DNA of 38,558 nucleotides. Origin: a virus (taxonomy: Duplodnaviria; Caudoviricetes). Positions 36,273 to 38,558 of this stretch are shown in pieces; the stretch's first letter is position 1, and each line of letters opens with the position of its first letter. The stretch spans positions 1 to 38,558 of IMG/VR virus record IMGVR_UViG_3300020045_011116. One strand, written 5' to 3'. The notes under the pieces are model-generated. The model was not told the DNA's origin and ran no database searches. It worked only from the letters and a program-made list of their open reading frames with translations. A program made the translations under genes and the position numbers.

Positions 36273-37642
36273 TGGAAACCAACCCAGACCACATTGAACG
36301 CCAACTAATCGGTAAACTTTTAATTGACCCAAAGATATATTTAGACTTTCAAGACCTATTTAATGCTTATGAATTTCAAGGTATTAACGGTAGAATATTT
36401 ACCGAAATAGCTCAACAAATTTTAACAGGGAAAGTCAATTCAATTGCCATAGCCAAATCAGTTGGTGACCATTTTTTGGGTAAACAATCGGACGCTATTT
36501 TATATCTAAGTAATTGTAGGTCGGGCGTTGTGTTTAACGATGCAACTGATGAGCAACTTTTATTTTTAATTGAAAATAGAAATTCAAGCCAATTAGTTAA
36601 AGGGATTCAGGAGCTTATGTTCATGGCTAATGAAAACAAAAGTACTGATGAGGTTAAAAATAAGGCAATGGAAATCTTTGCTGGTATTGAAAGTATCGGT
36701 AAAAACGAAATAAAGCCGTTTATTGACAACCTAAGCGCACTTAGTGAGGTTATACACCTTAACAGGTCGGGCAAAAAAGAAAGCGGTTTAAAGACGGGTT
36801 TAAACGGATATGACCAGTTTAATGGTGGTATGCAGTATTCAGACCTTGAGGTCATAGCTGGGAAAAGCTCGATGGGTAAAACAGCTTTTGTAATTGGTCG
36901 GGCTAGATTCGTGGCAATGTCAGGTCATGCGGTTGGTATATTCAATTACGAAATGTCAGCCATTCAATTAACCAGTCGTATAATTTCGCCTGTTGTTCCT
37001 GTGTCGGGTAAAGACTTATTAATGTTTCCTTTGCCCGATAAAGGGTTGGATATATTTAACAAGGCAATTGCAACGGTTCAGGATTTACCAATATTTATTG
37101 CCGATACGAATAACTCAAGCCTTCAAAATTGTTTAAGGCAAATTCGGTATTTGTTTTATAAAAATGGTGTAAGATATTTTATTGTTGACTATTTACAGCG
37201 TATGAATATCGCTGGTTTTAGGGGTCAACGTGAACAGGAAATTGGCGAAATATCCAAACGGCTTAAAGATATTGCAAAGGAATTAAACGTTAAAATTGAT
37301 TTGTTAAGTCAGTTAAATAGAGATAAAATGCGAGAGGGCAAAGAACCTATTTTGTCAGATTTAAGGGACTCAGGCCAAATTGAGGAGGCTGCCGATATTG
37401 TTACGTTTATTCATAGGCCTGAATATTATTTAAAGGAAATGACCGAAGATAAAGACAAAGGAATGGCTAAAATAATTCAAGCCAAAGGACGTAATACAGG
37501 TGTGTTTGAATATAAAGTTAGGTTCAATCCTGTTTATACAACGTTTAATAATTTAGAAGAGGACGTGATTAAAACACCACCACAAAAAATAATTCCAAAT
37601 ACAAATTTTAGCGAACCAAAAGAGCATGAACACACATTCTGA
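36272..37642 (+). CDS. dnaB: Replicative DNA helicase
   Basis: SMGKT, YEMS, IVDYLQ, LSQLNR, LSDLRDSGQIEEAAD, AKGRN. Confidence 0.96.
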   Translation: METNPDHIERQLIGKLLIDPKIYLDFQDLFNAYEFQGINGRIFTEIAQQILTGKVNSIAIAKSVGDHFLGKQSDAILYLSNCRSGVVFNDATDEQLLFLIENRNSSQLVKGIQELMFMANENKSTDEVKNKAMEIFAGIESIGKNEIKPFIDNLSALSEVIHLNRSGKKESGLKTGLNGYDQFNGGMQYSDLEVIAGKSSMGKTAFVIGRARFVAMSGHAVGIFNYEMSAIQLTSRIISPVVPVSGKDLLMFPLPDKGLDIFNKAIATVQDLPIFIADTNNSSLQNCLRQIRYLFYKNGVRYFIVDYLQRMNIAGFRGQREQEIGEISKRLKDIAKELNVKIDLLSQLNRDKMREGKEPILSDLRDSGQIEEAADIVTFIHRPEYYLKEMTEDKDKGMAKIIQAKGRNTGVFEYKVRFNPVYTTFNNLEEDVIKTPPQKIIPNTNFSEPKEHEHTF

Positions 37643-37892
37643 AAGACAAAATCAATTTTTAAATTCCAAACATACCAATAGTTATTTAAAAGAATCAATG
37701 CGTTTGCAATTAAGCATTCGTGCACTGGAACGCAAAGCCAATCTAAAAAAAACACCGTCCGAAAATGCTATGGAAATAATCCAATCGTGTGAGGAAAGCA
37801 TGAGTGAATTGATAAAACAAGGTTATCCAAACCACCATAAAGACGTTCAATTTTATAAAAAATTGATTAATTCGGTAGTTAAATTTGTTTAG
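37626..37892 (+). CDS. Hypothetical protein
   Basis: 88 aa overlapping the dnaB end. Confidence 0.6.
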   Translation: MNTHSERQNQFLNSKHTNSYLKESMRLQLSIRALERKANLKKTPSENAMEIIQSCEESMSELIKQGYPNHHKDVQFYKKLINSVVKFV

Positions 37893-38025
37893 AATCGTTA
37901 TTAATAATGGTTTTAGTTTGTTTATTATTAGTAAGTTACGAATTATTTTACCTGTTTACATTACTTTAATGTAAAGTAGACCGCTTTAGTCCCTATCTTT
38001 ACATAAACTTAAAACAACCGACAAG

Positions 38026-38208
38026 ATGAAACATCAAACCGACAATCGAATCAGACCGCACTCAAGCGGTTCATTCCAACCAAAAACATCAATCTTCTTT
38101 TCGAACGGTGAAATCAAACCGAAAACAAAACTTTCGCCAGAGGAGATTATTGAAATACAAACCCTAATTGACCAGTACGGAAAATATACTAAAAACCAAA
38201 ATAAATAA
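38026..38208 (+). CDS. Hypothetical protein
   Basis: ORF after candidate promoter TATCTTTA (37994-38001). Confidence 0.55.
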   Translation: MKHQTDNRIRPHSSGSFQPKTSIFFSNGEIKPKTKLSPEEIIEIQTLIDQYGKYTKNQNK

Positions 38209-38210
38209 TT

Positions 38211-38414
38211 ATGAAAATAAACGGATTAACAGAAGAAGAATTGTTTCTATTGCTTGTAATAGAAAATTTTAAATCAGATTCACCTGAAACAGAGGAAACA
38301 ATTAAATTAGCATCAATTAGAGGTATTCTTATATTCAACAATACAGAACAGCGTCACGATTTTTGGTGGGAATTGAGTATAAAAAATCCAACCTTTCACC
38401 ACAAATTCATGTAA
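38211..38414 (+). CDS. Hypothetical protein
   Basis: 67 aa. Confidence 0.6.
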   Translation: MKINGLTEEELFLLLVIENFKSDSPETEETIKLASIRGILIFNNTEQRHDFWWELSIKNPTFHHKFM

Positions 38415-38438
38415 TTAAAAGAAACAAAATAAATAATT

Positions 38439-38558
38439 ATGAAAAAAACATTTAATCAATTAACTGTTGGGGACTTTATTTACGAGGTTTATATGAATGA
38501 TATGAGCTATAAAAAAATGGAAATAAATAAAGTTGACTCAAAATTAATATACTTTGAT
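38439..38558 (+). CDS. Truncated hypothetical protein (MKKTFNQLTVGDFIYEV...)
   Basis: Open to the window edge; same leader as the previous gene. Confidence 0.55.
   Translation, partial: MKKTFNQLTVGDFIYEVYMNDMSYKKMEINKVDSKLIYFD

Noticed and set aside
1-38558. Stop-codon reassignment or tRNA/rRNA genes
   Set aside because: Large genes are intact in the standard code with all three stops used; no tRNA-like cloverleaf noticed by eye (tRNAscan not run)

Overview
AT-rich segment of a tailed dsDNA phage or prophage, probably siphovirus-like and infecting Bacteroidota (TAnnTTTG-type promoters, few Shine-Dalgarno signals). The minus strand (about 3.7-35.2 kb) carries the late region: TerS, TerL, a probable tail tube gene placed before the portal, portal, scaffold, major capsid, fibre/decoration genes, a glycosyl-/methyltransferase block with an HNH gene, head-tail genes, tail chaperones with a likely -1 frameshift, tape measure, tail tip and receptor-binding genes, and a lysis module (holins, CHAP endolysin, u-spanin-like lipoprotein). 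Plus-strand flanks carry a replication initiator, DnaB and small accessory genes. The strongest candidate novel system is at 1-1616: an integron-like array of small gene cassettes separated by covarying attC-like hairpins. Each cassette's own two ends are complementary, and the array abuts a tyrosine recombinase that lacks the IntI-specific insertion. A second candidate is virion glycosylation: a GT/MTase/Stealth-like block plus acidic-SGSG motifs shared by several virion proteins. All family assignments come from motif recognition by eye; no searches were run.
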